20,000 nt of DNA. It comes from an uncultured virus (IMG/VR IMGVR_UViG_3300010355_000481) (lineage: Duplodnaviria; Heunggongvirae; Uroviricota; Caudoviricetes; Crassvirales). Each line of letters begins with the position of its first letter. Position 1 is the first letter of the stretch. The DNA lies in the IMG/VR virus record IMGVR_UViG_3300010355_000481. One strand, written 5' to 3'. Below the pieces are notes generated by a model. The model saw only the letters and a program-made list of their open reading frames with translations, did no database searches and was not told where the DNA came from. The translations under genes were made by a program, and so were the position numbers. Positions 1 through 7,288 of the stretch are shown in pieces.

Positions 1-1
1 T

Positions 2-151
2 GCTTATAATTGCACTACACTTACATTTAATAAAGCAGATTTTTTTAAATCATTTATATTTAAAGAAGAATTAGCTAAAGTAACGGCTCGTCATCAAAAT
101 GAATTATATTTGCTTAATATAAAAACACAAGAAATCTTATCATTATTATAA
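2..151 (+). CDS. 3' end of a hypothetical protein truncated by the window edge
   Basis: Open frame from position 2 (AYNCTTLTF...EILSLL) to TAA at 149-151. Confidence 0.55.
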   Translation, partial: AYNCTTLTFNKADFFKSFIFKEELAKVTARHQNELYLLNIKTQEILSLL

Positions 152-174
152 ATCTTAAAAACAAAAAAAACAAG

Positions 175-735
175 ATGAAACAAACAGTAACAGCAACATT
201 TTTATTAGCAACATTCCTTGCTGATCCAAGTAACAAACAAACGTTTGTAAAATTTAACTCTAAAGAAGAGCTTGATCGTATCTTTGATATTATCAAAGTC
301 GAAAAAATAGAAGAAGGTTTAGATGCTATTAATAAACCATTTAAAGAAAAACTTCCTTTTCCTATATTTATAAGTTTCGGATTAGGATTTGGTACCAATC
401 TATCTGTATTAATTACTGGAAGCATAGTACCTAGCGAAATCTTAGTAGCTAATACAGCACAACCTTCGCAAGAACCTAAATGTACTTGCGACAAGCCAAA
501 ACAAGTATTAAAAAGTGTAGAAGTTACACCTGATTTACTTGAATCTTTATTAATCGATGCTTTAGGTCTTAATCCTGAAAATGTCGAAGAATCTTTATTA
601 CTTGTAATAAATGATCAACGTAAAGAAATTGAATCACAATCTGATATTATCAAACAATGGAAAAACGATAATGAAGTTTTTATGGATAGAGTAGAACTTC
701 TTATGGAATTACGCGAAAAGAAAAAACAAGCTTAA
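175..735 (+). CDS. hypothetical phage protein with acidic, coiled-coil-like C-terminus
   Basis: 186-aa ORF with A-rich leader, followed by a terminator. Confidence 0.8.
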   Translation: MKQTVTATFLLATFLADPSNKQTFVKFNSKEELDRIFDIIKVEKIEEGLDAINKPFKEKLPFPIFISFGLGFGTNLSVLITGSIVPSEILVANTAQPSQEPKCTCDKPKQVLKSVEVTPDLLESLLIDALGLNPENVEESLLLVINDQRKEIESQSDIIKQWKNDNEVFMDRVELLMELREKKKQA

Positions 736-747
736 ATTAATATTTAT

Positions 748-783
748 AATTACCCTGACTATTATTATAGTTAGGGTAATTTT
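748..783 (+). terminator. intrinsic terminator-like hairpin
   Basis: AATTACCCTGACTAT-TATT-ATAGTTAGGGTAATT, 15-bp stem with one G-T pair, then a short T run. Confidence 0.7.
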
Positions 784-802
784 ACCTTAAAAACAAACAA
801 AA

Positions 803-1156
803 ATGAAGAAGAAAATCATTTATTTATGCGTAGCTATCGAAGTTAACAACAACGAAGCTTACGAACAAAAGGAGATTGATCAGAATATCCAAGCAATCTT
901 AAATATCAAATTATACGATAACGTAGATAAGAAAACAGTATCTCCATTATCTGTTGGCGAAATTAAGCCTGGTAATACAATTCAAAGATTGTTTGATCTT
1001 AAATCATCCATATCTGAACATACTGCTAAATTAGGTTTAGGGGCTTCTGGACATATTACATCTAAATTATTAAATGTAGTACAAAGTGTTATTGATGAAA
1101 GTCCATTCAAGCCTAAATTAATCAGTGATTATGAAAGAGTTTTTGGGCCAAAGTAA
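803..1156 (+). CDS. hypothetical protein
   Basis: 117-aa ORF with A-rich leader. Confidence 0.75.
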   Translation: MKKKIIYLCVAIEVNNNEAYEQKEIDQNIQAILNIKLYDNVDKKTVSPLSVGEIKPGNTIQRLFDLKSSISEHTAKLGLGASGHITSKLLNVVQSVIDESPFKPKLISDYERVFGPK

Positions 1157-1157
1157 A

Positions 1158-1319
1158 ATGCGAAAATTACTAGCTATACCTAAATTCTTACGATATACAT
1201 CTTATTCCTGGAGTTATGCAATAGATAAAACAATAACAGCAACCGTTTATAAAGAATTTTACTTTCATAACGTCGATTGTCGTATTATAAAAAATGCTAT
1301 AATTAGAAATTATGGATAA
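1158..1319 (+). CDS. mini-protein (53 aa, MRKLLAIPK...)
   Basis: ATG at 1158 directly after the upstream stop is preferred over the track start at 1125. Confidence 0.6.
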   Translation: MRKLLAIPKFLRYTSYSWSYAIDKTITATVYKEFYFHNVDCRIIKNAIIRNYG

Positions 1320-1497
1320 GATAAATATCACTTTAAAAGACAGAACCTTTCAATTACGCCTTAATCTAATGAAAGATATAAAACACCGTAATAATAAAGC
1401 TTCATTAGGTTATCGTATTTGTATTTCCACAGAACTTGCTGCCGTAATCAATATTTGTACGAATAGAGCTCGTTTACCTTTAATAAATCTCAATTAA
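1312..1497 (+). CDS. mini-protein (61 aa)
   Basis: ORF track; overlaps the upstream stop. Confidence 0.6.
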   Translation: MDKINITLKDRTFQLRLNLMKDIKHRNNKASLGYRICISTELAAVINICTNRARLPLINLN

Positions 1498-1499
1498 TT

Positions 1500-1871
1500 A
1501 TGATTACAGAATTTTTATTATTGTATATATTACTTATACATTTCTTAGCAGATTTTGCTTTACAGACTCATCATCAAGCTGTAAATAAAAGCACCGACGT
1601 AATGCAATTAACTTATCATTGTTTAGTCTATACATTTATATGGACATTAGCAGTGTTAGGATTACCATTTGTAATGGGTCCTAGTTATTTTGGATTTATA
1701 TGTTATACGTTCATTACTCATTATATTACTGATTATTGTACAAGTAGAATAGGCAAACCCTATTGGGAAAATCAAGATTTTCATAATGGGTTTGTTATAG
1801 TAGGGATTGATCAAATAATTCATTATATCACGCTCTATATTTCATTAAAATACATATTAAATATCTTATGA
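1500..1871 (+). CDS. DUF3307-family membrane protein
   Basis: Motifs HFLADFxLQT, HxxVY, HYITDY and GIDQIIH between hydrophobic helices. Confidence 0.8.
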   Translation: MITEFLLLYILLIHFLADFALQTHHQAVNKSTDVMQLTYHCLVYTFIWTLAVLGLPFVMGPSYFGFICYTFITHYITDYCTSRIGKPYWENQDFHNGFVIVGIDQIIHYITLYISLKYILNIL

Positions 1872-2026
1872 ACATTTCAAATATTCTTACTATTATCTTA
1901 TCGATAGTATTATTTAGCATAGCATGTCATTTGCTTAACCAACCATCAGATTGGGCTGCCGCATGCGGTATTCTGATAATTATTTCTTTAATTTATAAAC
2001 TTATAAAAACAATTCAAAAATTATGA
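1868..2026 (+). CDS. small two-TM membrane protein (52 aa) coupled to the SPFH gene
   Basis: Translated by hand: MNISNILTIILSIVLFSIACHLLNQPSDWAAACGILIIISLIYKLIKTIQKL; ATGA overlaps at both ends. Confidence 0.7.
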   Translation: MNISNILTIILSIVLFSIACHLLNQPSDWAAACGILIIISLIYKLIKTIQKL

Positions 2027-3057
2027 TTTCATTCGCATTAGCACTGATTATATCAGTAGTATTAGCAGCATCGTTAGGATTATTTAAATTTAAACGTTGG
2101 TCTATTTATCCCGAAAACGCTACCGTTACACAAGAGGAGTACGACAATAATCTACAATGGAAACGTGGTGGTTATGATGTCGGAGATCTTAAACCTAATA
2201 CATCTCTTAGATTTAATTATAGTCACTTATTTAAAGCTATAGGTGTATTATTTTTATTCTTATTCTTGTGGGCAGTATCACCATTAGGCTTTCAACGTAT
2301 CGATGCCCGTAATATTGGATTACAAATTAGTCGTACAGGTAATGATAAAGGTATACCTAGAGTAACTCCAGTTAAAGGATTAGTATTTTATAATGCTTGG
2401 AATAATGACGTAGAAGAAATATCTATAGGACAATTTCCCATTAAATACACTGAATTTGAAGTTCCAGCTTTAGGGGGAACACCTATACCTGTAGCTCCCG
2501 AAATGAATCTAAGCCTTAAACCGGAAACATATGCTCAATTATATGTACATGTATTAAAAGGAGGAGATTTAAGTTCATTAAAGGATAGTTGGATTAGAAC
2601 TAATGTAATTAATGCTATGGTATATGCTACTAATAAATTTACGCCCGATAGTATATTTAACTACGCAGAAACTTATCGCAATGAAGTGTATACTCAATTA
2701 TCTAAAACATTAGGATCATATTTTAACGTAGATCAAGTTAATGCAGGGCAACACCCTCCGAGAAGCATGAAAGAAGCATTACAAAAACAAGCAGATGCTG
2801 TATTAGCTACAAGACAAGCCCAATTAGATGAAACTCGTGAAATAGCTCAGAAAAATGCTAAAATAGCACAAGCACAAGGAGATTCAGCCAAAGTTGTAAT
2901 TGAAGCTTCCGCAGCTGCAGAAGCAATACGTCTAAAAACAAAAGAATTATCTAGAGAATACGTTGAATATACTAAATGGATAACAGCATCCCCTGATGTA
3001 CAGAGAGTATCTCAAACAGTATTAGGATCTGGAACGAATGTATTACTCAACAAGTAG
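2023..3057 (+). CDS. SPFH/band-7 (prohibitin-like) membrane protein
   Basis: TM helices, then RIDARNIGLQI...GLVFYNAW, and an Ala/Glu/Gln-rich coiled-coil tail (IAQAQGDSAKVVIEASAAAEAIRLK...EYVEY.KW). Confidence 0.85.
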   Translation: MISFALALIISVVLAASLGLFKFKRWSIYPENATVTQEEYDNNLQWKRGGYDVGDLKPNTSLRFNYSHLFKAIGVLFLFLFLWAVSPLGFQRIDARNIGLQISRTGNDKGIPRVTPVKGLVFYNAWNNDVEEISIGQFPIKYTEFEVPALGGTPIPVAPEMNLSLKPETYAQLYVHVLKGGDLSSLKDSWIRTNVINAMVYATNKFTPDSIFNYAETYRNEVYTQLSKTLGSYFNVDQVNAGQHPPRSMKEALQKQADAVLATRQAQLDETREIAQKNAKIAQAQGDSAKVVIEASAAAEAIRLKTKELSREYVEYTKWITASPDVQRVSQTVLGSGTNVLLNK

Positions 3058-3069
3058 TAACAATCTTGG

Positions 3070-3207
3070 TAGGTTATAGCTGAACTGGTTAGAGCATAGC
3101 TTCAAGTGAACGTTGACGATAGTGGTAAAAGACGACAATATCCTGTTCTGGTAGCTATCCAATCAGAAGTACAATGATTGGTGAGGGTTCGAATCCCTCT
3201 AACTTAA
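3070..3207 (+). tRNA. tRNA-like gene with a 51-nt anticodon loop (possible intron; possibly Leu-CAA) and a long variable arm
   Basis: Acceptor TAGGTTA/TAACTTA; D arm TAGCTGAACTGGTTAGAGC; anticodon stem TAGCT/AGCTA; variable stem CCAATCA/TGATTGG; T arm GAGGG-TTCGAAT-CCCTC. Confidence 0.75.
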
Positions 3208-3258
3208 CTATAACTCGGAGGCAATTGCTGATTGGTTATTTTTTCATCATGTTGGCTT

Positions 3259-3381
3259 TGGGCAGTGGCGAAATTGGTAAACGCACTGGTAAGTGAGTAA
3301 TAGAGTAAGCGTAAAATAGCACTGCTCCGCGCTGGAAGCGTCACGACCGGCATATTGGGGGTTCGAATCCCTCCTCCTGAA
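3259..3381 (+). tRNA. tRNA-like gene with a 55-nt structured anticodon loop; identity not assignable
   Basis: D arm TGGCGAAATTGGTAAACGC; anticodon stem CTGGT/ACCGG; T arm GGGGG-TTCGAAT-CCCTC; imperfect acceptor TGGGCAG/CTCCTGA. Confidence 0.7.
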
Positions 3382-3413
3382 CTAATAATTAATCATTAAA
3401 TAATAAAAAAACT

Positions 3414-3707
3414 ATGTATAGACCAAGTTATATCGAACCTGATAATATGAAATTATTAGGTTTTGACCTGTTAAAAGACAAAGATGGATATCTTAAATAC
3501 CAAAATGACGGTACCAAACATTATAATCCAGATTATAATTCAGAATATCCAGAACCAAAAGGTAAAGTTCTTATATATGTAAACACTACATACACTAAAA
3601 ATACATTTTATCTTAGTATACGTCAAGATGGCGATACCCGTAATTCTTACACTGGTATATGTCCGTCTGAAGAATTTTTTATCCAATTATTAAATAATAT
3701 AAGGTAA
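3414..3707 (+). CDS. hypothetical protein
   Basis: 97-aa ORF with A-rich leader. Confidence 0.75.
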   Translation: MYRPSYIEPDNMKLLGFDLLKDKDGYLKYQNDGTKHYNPDYNSEYPEPKGKVLIYVNTTYTKNTFYLSIRQDGDTRNSYTGICPSEEFFIQLLNNIR

Positions 3708-3883
3708 TGGAAAATATTCAAAATACTTTAAGGATAAGCATATTAAAACAATCTGATCGTAAAGCATGTGAAACTCTATTTAAAATGAGTGATACATATT
3801 ATCGAGAAAAAATTAAAAGAATACTTAGATCTCACCATATACCAATTTTACAACGTCAAATCGTCAATAAAAATCATTATTAA
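3707..3883 (+). CDS. mini-protein (58 aa, MENIQNTLR...)
   Basis: Translated by hand; TAATG overlap with the upstream gene. Confidence 0.6.
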   Translation: MENIQNTLRISILKQSDRKACETLFKMSDTYYREKIKRILRSHHIPILQRQIVNKNHY

Positions 3884-3903
3884 TTAAAAAACAAACAAAC
3901 ACA

Positions 3904-4473
3904 ATGTTTACAATTGTACGTCCTATAGCGACAAAATCAAAATCATCAGCAGAAACAATTGACTTACATTTAGTAAGCTTTTGTGAAGCAAATACTGATG
4001 TATTACCTCTAAATACTCCATTAATGTCTAACATCGGAGTTGATAATATAATTAGTCACAATGGTTATTTAATACCAGTAATAAATTCATATTATCAAAT
4101 ATTTGCTTCGACAGATTCATCATTAGGAGTTCCTCCGCCATCTAATTCTTTTATGAAAAAATATGCACAAGATTATAGAGATATGGAAGAAGTTCTTTTA
4201 TACTGGGAACAAAAAGATGGTAAATGGGTACCATTCGTACATCCACGTAAAGGGCATGTTATTATTAATAGTTTAGAAAAAGCACCTCAAGAAGGTCAAA
4301 TGGTATACTTCCCGTCAGATACTTTTAATGGATTTTTTCCTATTATTGAAACTATGAAAGTCGATAATCCAGAAGTAAACCTATTACATCAATATGGGGT
4401 AAAATTTGTTAATCCTTCTGATTTTTTAGATTATCATGTATTATTACAAAATAGTAAATCATTCCATCCTTAA
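3904..4473 (+). CDS. hypothetical protein
   Basis: 189-aa ORF with A-rich leader. Confidence 0.8.
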   Translation: MFTIVRPIATKSKSSAETIDLHLVSFCEANTDVLPLNTPLMSNIGVDNIISHNGYLIPVINSYYQIFASTDSSLGVPPPSNSFMKKYAQDYRDMEEVLLYWEQKDGKWVPFVHPRKGHVIINSLEKAPQEGQMVYFPSDTFNGFFPIIETMKVDNPEVNLLHQYGVKFVNPSDFLDYHVLLQNSKSFHP

Positions 4474-4631
4474 TGGTACAAGTACGTAATTTCATTGATC
4501 AAGCTTATGGTAGATTATATCAACCTAAATTTGATAAGTTAGATTACTATGCCTATCAAATATTAAAACAGGATCGATTCCTTATTCGTTTTCAAAGAAC
4601 TATTACTTATCATGCACAAACCCGAACCTAA
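4473..4631 (+). CDS. mini-protein (52 aa, MVQVRNFID...)
   Basis: Translated by hand; TAATG overlap. Confidence 0.6.
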   Translation: MVQVRNFIDQAYGRLYQPKFDKLDYYAYQILKQDRFLIRFQRTITYHAQTRT

Positions 4632-4684
4632 ATGGCCTACTATATTCTATATAATTCTTTTCTTGTTAATTTTAATATGGATAT

Positions 4685-4858
4685 ATGAAAAATCTTAATT
4701 ACAATATTTGGAATAATAAATTTTATACTGATATATCCGATGTCGATATAGATATTGATGACTATATTGATAGAAAATTATGGATGACAGTACTTCAATT
4801 AACTAGAGAAAATATTAGTCTCCCCGTATCCCAAAACTTAAAAAATGAAAAACATTAA
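4685..4858 (+). CDS. mini-protein (57 aa, MKNLNYNIW...NEKH)
   Basis: Translated by hand; 14-nt overlap with the next ORF. Confidence 0.65.
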   Translation: MKNLNYNIWNNKFYTDISDVDIDIDDYIDRKLWMTVLQLTRENISLPVSQNLKNEKH

Positions 4859-5012
4859 ACTTACTTTATGGGAGTATCATCCTCTTATACGTGAAAAAGT
4901 ATCTACAAATGTAGGTAATAAATTAGTTTGGGGGATGGATAATCCTGTTTTTCGTCAAATTAAAATTAACATTCATCTAGGTATATTTATAAACTTAAAA
5001 ACAATAAAATGA
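4845..5012 (+). CDS. mini-protein (55 aa, MKNIKLTLW...) with period-4 hydrophobic pattern
   Basis: Translated by hand; ATGA overlap with 5009. Confidence 0.65.
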   Translation: MKNIKLTLWEYHPLIREKVSTNVGNKLVWGMDNPVFRQIKINIHLGIFINLKTIK

Positions 5013-5569
5013 AACAAACAATATTAGTATGTAGTGATATCTTGACTTCTCATCAAGTATATCATTTAGTAGAAACTTGTAAAAACAAGTTTGAAAGTAT
5101 ACCATTAGAAATAACTTTATTTGATAAAGATGAACCGGTGTTCTTACTTATCCGTAAGGATGAAGAAGAAAAGTTTCATCTTGACGTAATGCCCACTTGT
5201 CGTAATCATCGAGTACCATGGGTACATCCTGAGTATTTTTATACAAATTATGCAGGATTATTGCAATTTTTAGAAGGTATTGTATGGATAGGGGAACATA
5301 AAGGTAATTTCCCAGAAACTCCTAACTATATTGTATGTAAAGGATTAACTCAAAGCTATATTTATTCTCATTATCGCGATATCCCCATGGATAGAGCTGT
5401 AAAAGAAGAATTATGGAATGGGGTTGGATTATGCGATGGTTGGACTTTAGCTTATAACAATAAATACCGACAATTAACGTATGCAAAAGAATTTCCAGGA
5501 ACTACTCTTGAAATGGGTCCTGACGAATTCTATGCTTGTAATTTTACGAAAAAACTAATTATTTCGTAA
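5009..5569 (+). CDS. hypothetical protein
   Basis: 186-aa ORF. Confidence 0.8.
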   Translation: MKQTILVCSDILTSHQVYHLVETCKNKFESIPLEITLFDKDEPVFLLIRKDEEEKFHLDVMPTCRNHRVPWVHPEYFYTNYAGLLQFLEGIVWIGEHKGNFPETPNYIVCKGLTQSYIYSHYRDIPMDRAVKEELWNGVGLCDGWTLAYNNKYRQLTYAKEFPGTTLEMGPDEFYACNFTKKLIIS

Positions 5570-5597
5570 AAAACACAAACTTATTTTTAAATCGTTT

Positions 5598-5638
5598 TTA
5601 AGTGTAGCCTGGCGATAACATCAAAGGGCGGCACTTAA
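5598..5638 (+). promoter_or_regulatory. hairpin carrying the GGCGATAANATCAA loop motif (copy 1)
   Basis: TTAAGTGT-A-GCCT-[GGCGATAACATCAAA]-GGGC-G-GCACTTAA, intergenic. Confidence 0.6.
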
Positions 5639-5661
5639 TACATAAAACTCATAAACAAAAT

Positions 5662-5880
5662 ATGAAAAAACAACATTTATTTTGGCTATTTGGATGCCAT
5701 TGGAAATTAGAATTTTATTGGTTTCTTATTCATCGTGGTATCGAACGCGAAATAGCAGCTCATATGGTCGATATTCATACTCAAGATGAATATTTAATGG
5801 AATATTTAATGCATGTACCTATATGGGAATGGAAAGAGTATACTACGTCAGATAATTATAAAAAATATGTACAATTATGA
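5662..5880 (+). CDS. hypothetical protein (72 aa)
   Basis: ORF track; A-rich leader. Confidence 0.7.
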   Translation: MKKQHLFWLFGCHWKLEFYWFLIHRGIEREIAAHMVDIHTQDEYLMEYLMHVPIWEWKEYTTSDNYKKYVQL

Positions 5881-6062
5881 TAATGTACCTTACATATTGT
5901 TATGAAGCGTATTATGAATACGCAAAATATATCGAAGATACTATATCTGCATTTTTAGCTCATAGCGCTATAAACCAATCTTGGGAAAAACCTACACGTT
6001 TCGTATTAAGTAAAAGCAAATCTACATTCATGTTACGTTACATTAATCTTTTAAAACGATGA
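5877..6062 (+). CDS. mini-protein (61 aa)
   Basis: ORF track; ATGA overlaps at both ends. Confidence 0.6.
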   Translation: MIMYLTYCYEAYYEYAKYIEDTISAFLAHSAINQSWEKPTRFVLSKSKSTFMLRYINLLKR

Positions 6063-6229
6063 TCAGCGTTGCAGGAACTAGCAATATTAAATTAAGCGAT
6101 TTAAGGTTCAATCTTAGAAGTGATATGTATGAAAATGTACATATAATAGTAATTAATAACGCTATGAGTATACATTTTGATATAAAAACTTTAATTAACC
6201 CTATATTAGATGTAATATGGAACACATGA
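6059..6229 (+). CDS. mini-protein (56 aa, MISVAGTSN...)
   Basis: Translated by hand; ATGA overlaps at both ends. Confidence 0.6.
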   Translation: MISVAGTSNIKLSDLRFNLRSDMYENVHIIVINNAMSIHFDIKTLINPILDVIWNT

Positions 6230-6405
6230 AAAACATTAAATGGGAAGTATCTAGAGAATTAATGGATAAAAGAATAGACTTTAGTACGGAAGTCAGAGAA
6301 TCTATAAACAACATAGAACATAGTATTATTACGGTTGGAATAAGAATATATCTTATGGATATTATTACTTTTATGCCTGAAGTAAATAAATGGAATTTTA
6401 AATAA
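6226..6405 (+). CDS. mini-protein (59 aa, MKNIKWEVS...)
   Basis: ATGA-coupled start at 6226 preferred over the track start at 6217. Confidence 0.65.
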   Translation: MKNIKWEVSRELMDKRIDFSTEVRESINNIEHSIITVGIRIYLMDIITFMPEVNKWNFK

Positions 6406-6455
6406 AGTTTTTACTTTAATTTGGTGATTCCAAACACTAGGTGATCTAGGTCAAC

Positions 6456-6486
6456 AAAAAAGGTTATGTTTTTTAACATAAACCTT
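6456..6486 (-). terminator. intrinsic terminator (minus strand)
   Basis: Minus strand reads AAGGTTTATGTT-AAAA-AACATAACCTT then TTTT. Confidence 0.55.
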
Positions 6487-6590
6487 AATTGAAGACACTC
6501 TACCAACTCACCGGAGCCACTGAGGCTGTATATAGTCAAATAGTCCAAAACTACATACATTTAACTTTGCTTCCATGATATCTATAACAC

Positions 6591-6605
6591 CTTGATTTTA
6601 TCGCC
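6591..6605 (-). promoter_or_regulatory. GGCGATAANATCAA loop motif (copy 2, minus strand)
   Basis: Reverse complement is GGCGATAAAATCAAG, enclosed by a CTATAA/TTATAG stem. Confidence 0.55.
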
Positions 6606-6757
6606 TATTTATAGGCATGGGGAGGGGGATTTATAGGTTTATGTCACCATCTTCGGTTGTCTTATCCATCCTTCGAGATAATTTACCCGGTAAGACTACA
6701 TTCTGCTTATTTTCTTCGCCAGAATTGCGCCAGACCACTTCCTAATGTGTTAAACAC

Positions 6758-6783
6758 AAAAAAGCCAGGCATTACACCTGGCT
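6758..6783 (-). terminator. intrinsic terminator (minus strand)
   Basis: Minus strand reads AGCCAGG-TGTAATG-CCTGGC-TTTTTT. Confidence 0.8.
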
Positions 6784-6873
6784 CTTATGTTTTCCAGGTG
6801 GAGAGACTCACCTGAAAATATCGTCGAAGAAAAACTCTTACTATATTAACTGTAAGAGTCTCTCTTTCTTACA
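6758..6873 (-). ncRNA. putative small RNA or attenuator leader of about 115 nt
   Basis: Bounded by a consensus Bacteroidota promoter and a terminator; two hairpins with complementary GAGAGACT/AGTCTCTC loop regions. Confidence 0.6.
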
Positions 6874-6875
6874 AT

Positions 6876-6906
6876 CAAAGGTAAGACAACTTTTAATAAC
6901 AACAAA
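6876..6906 (-). promoter_or_regulatory. Bacteroidota primary-sigma promoter (-33 TTTG, -7 TAnnTTTG)
   Basis: Minus strand TTTG (6906-6903), 19-nt spacer, TACCTTTG (6883-6876). Confidence 0.75.
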
Positions 6907-6933
6907 ATTTATTTAACTTAAAACAAAAAAAAG

Positions 6934-6999
6934 ATGAAAAAACAACTCAAAAAATCGGCAGTACAAACAAACATTGAGTACGAACAGTACTTGTATTAA
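6934..6999 (+). CDS. possible 21-aa peptide MKKQLKKSAVQTNIEYEQYLY
   Basis: A-rich leader (CTTAAAACAAAAAAAAGATG) closely resembles that of the gene at 175. Confidence 0.4.
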   Translation: MKKQLKKSAVQTNIEYEQYLY

Positions 7000-7010
7000 T
7001 TAACCCATAT

Positions 7011-7035
7011 TCCCCGGCGATAATATCAATGGGGA
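7011..7035 (+). promoter_or_regulatory. hairpin carrying the GGCGATAANATCAA loop motif (copy 3)
   Basis: TCCCC-[GGCGATAATATCAAT]-GGGGA, 15 nt upstream of the ATG at 7051. Confidence 0.6.
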
Positions 7036-7050
7036 TATAATTTTCAAAAA

Positions 7051-7288
7051 ATGAAACAATTAAGGTATACAATATACACAACAAAAGCTAATGCTATTAT
7101 ACGTAGTGGTTTAGGTAACGGTTTCCATGAAAGACAAGTTTTTTATCATTATAAAAAAAGAAACAGGAGTTAGTAATATATTTTCACTTATGAGAACTAT
7201 TTTATTTAATGAATTCTCAAAAAAGACAACTACGTATAAACACGAATTTACGTTACAAACCAAACCTCAAGTAAAAATAGTACTATGA
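7051..7288 (+). pseudogene. frameshifted paralog of ORF 7285-7515
   Basis: Frame stops at 7171. Removing one A from the A7 run (7153-7159) gives 78 aa ending YKHEFTLQTKPQVKIVL, versus YKHQFSLQTKEQVKIVL in the next gene. Confidence 0.7.

Larger units (their letters stand above)
6456..6755 (-). ncRNA. putative structured non-coding RNA or cis-element
   Basis: No ORF of 60 aa or more; GC-richer than flanks; several hairpins; lies between two minus-strand terminators. Confidence 0.35.

Noticed and set aside
105..112. TATATTTG as a Bacteroidota -7 promoter element
   Set aside because: It lies inside an open frame with no -33 TTTG at the right spacing and is expected by chance in AT-rich DNA.
3070..3384. 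tmRNA or selenocysteine/opal-suppressor tRNA (CTTCAAG at 3100-3106)
   Set aside because: Each unit has a paired D arm and is much shorter than tmRNA, with no convincing tag ORF. The TCA register does not fit the anticodon stem or tRNA-Sec geometry.
4632..4691. 19-aa hydrophobic ORF MAYYILYIILFLVNFNMDI
   Set aside because: Too short to support from sequence alone; it may be a remnant.
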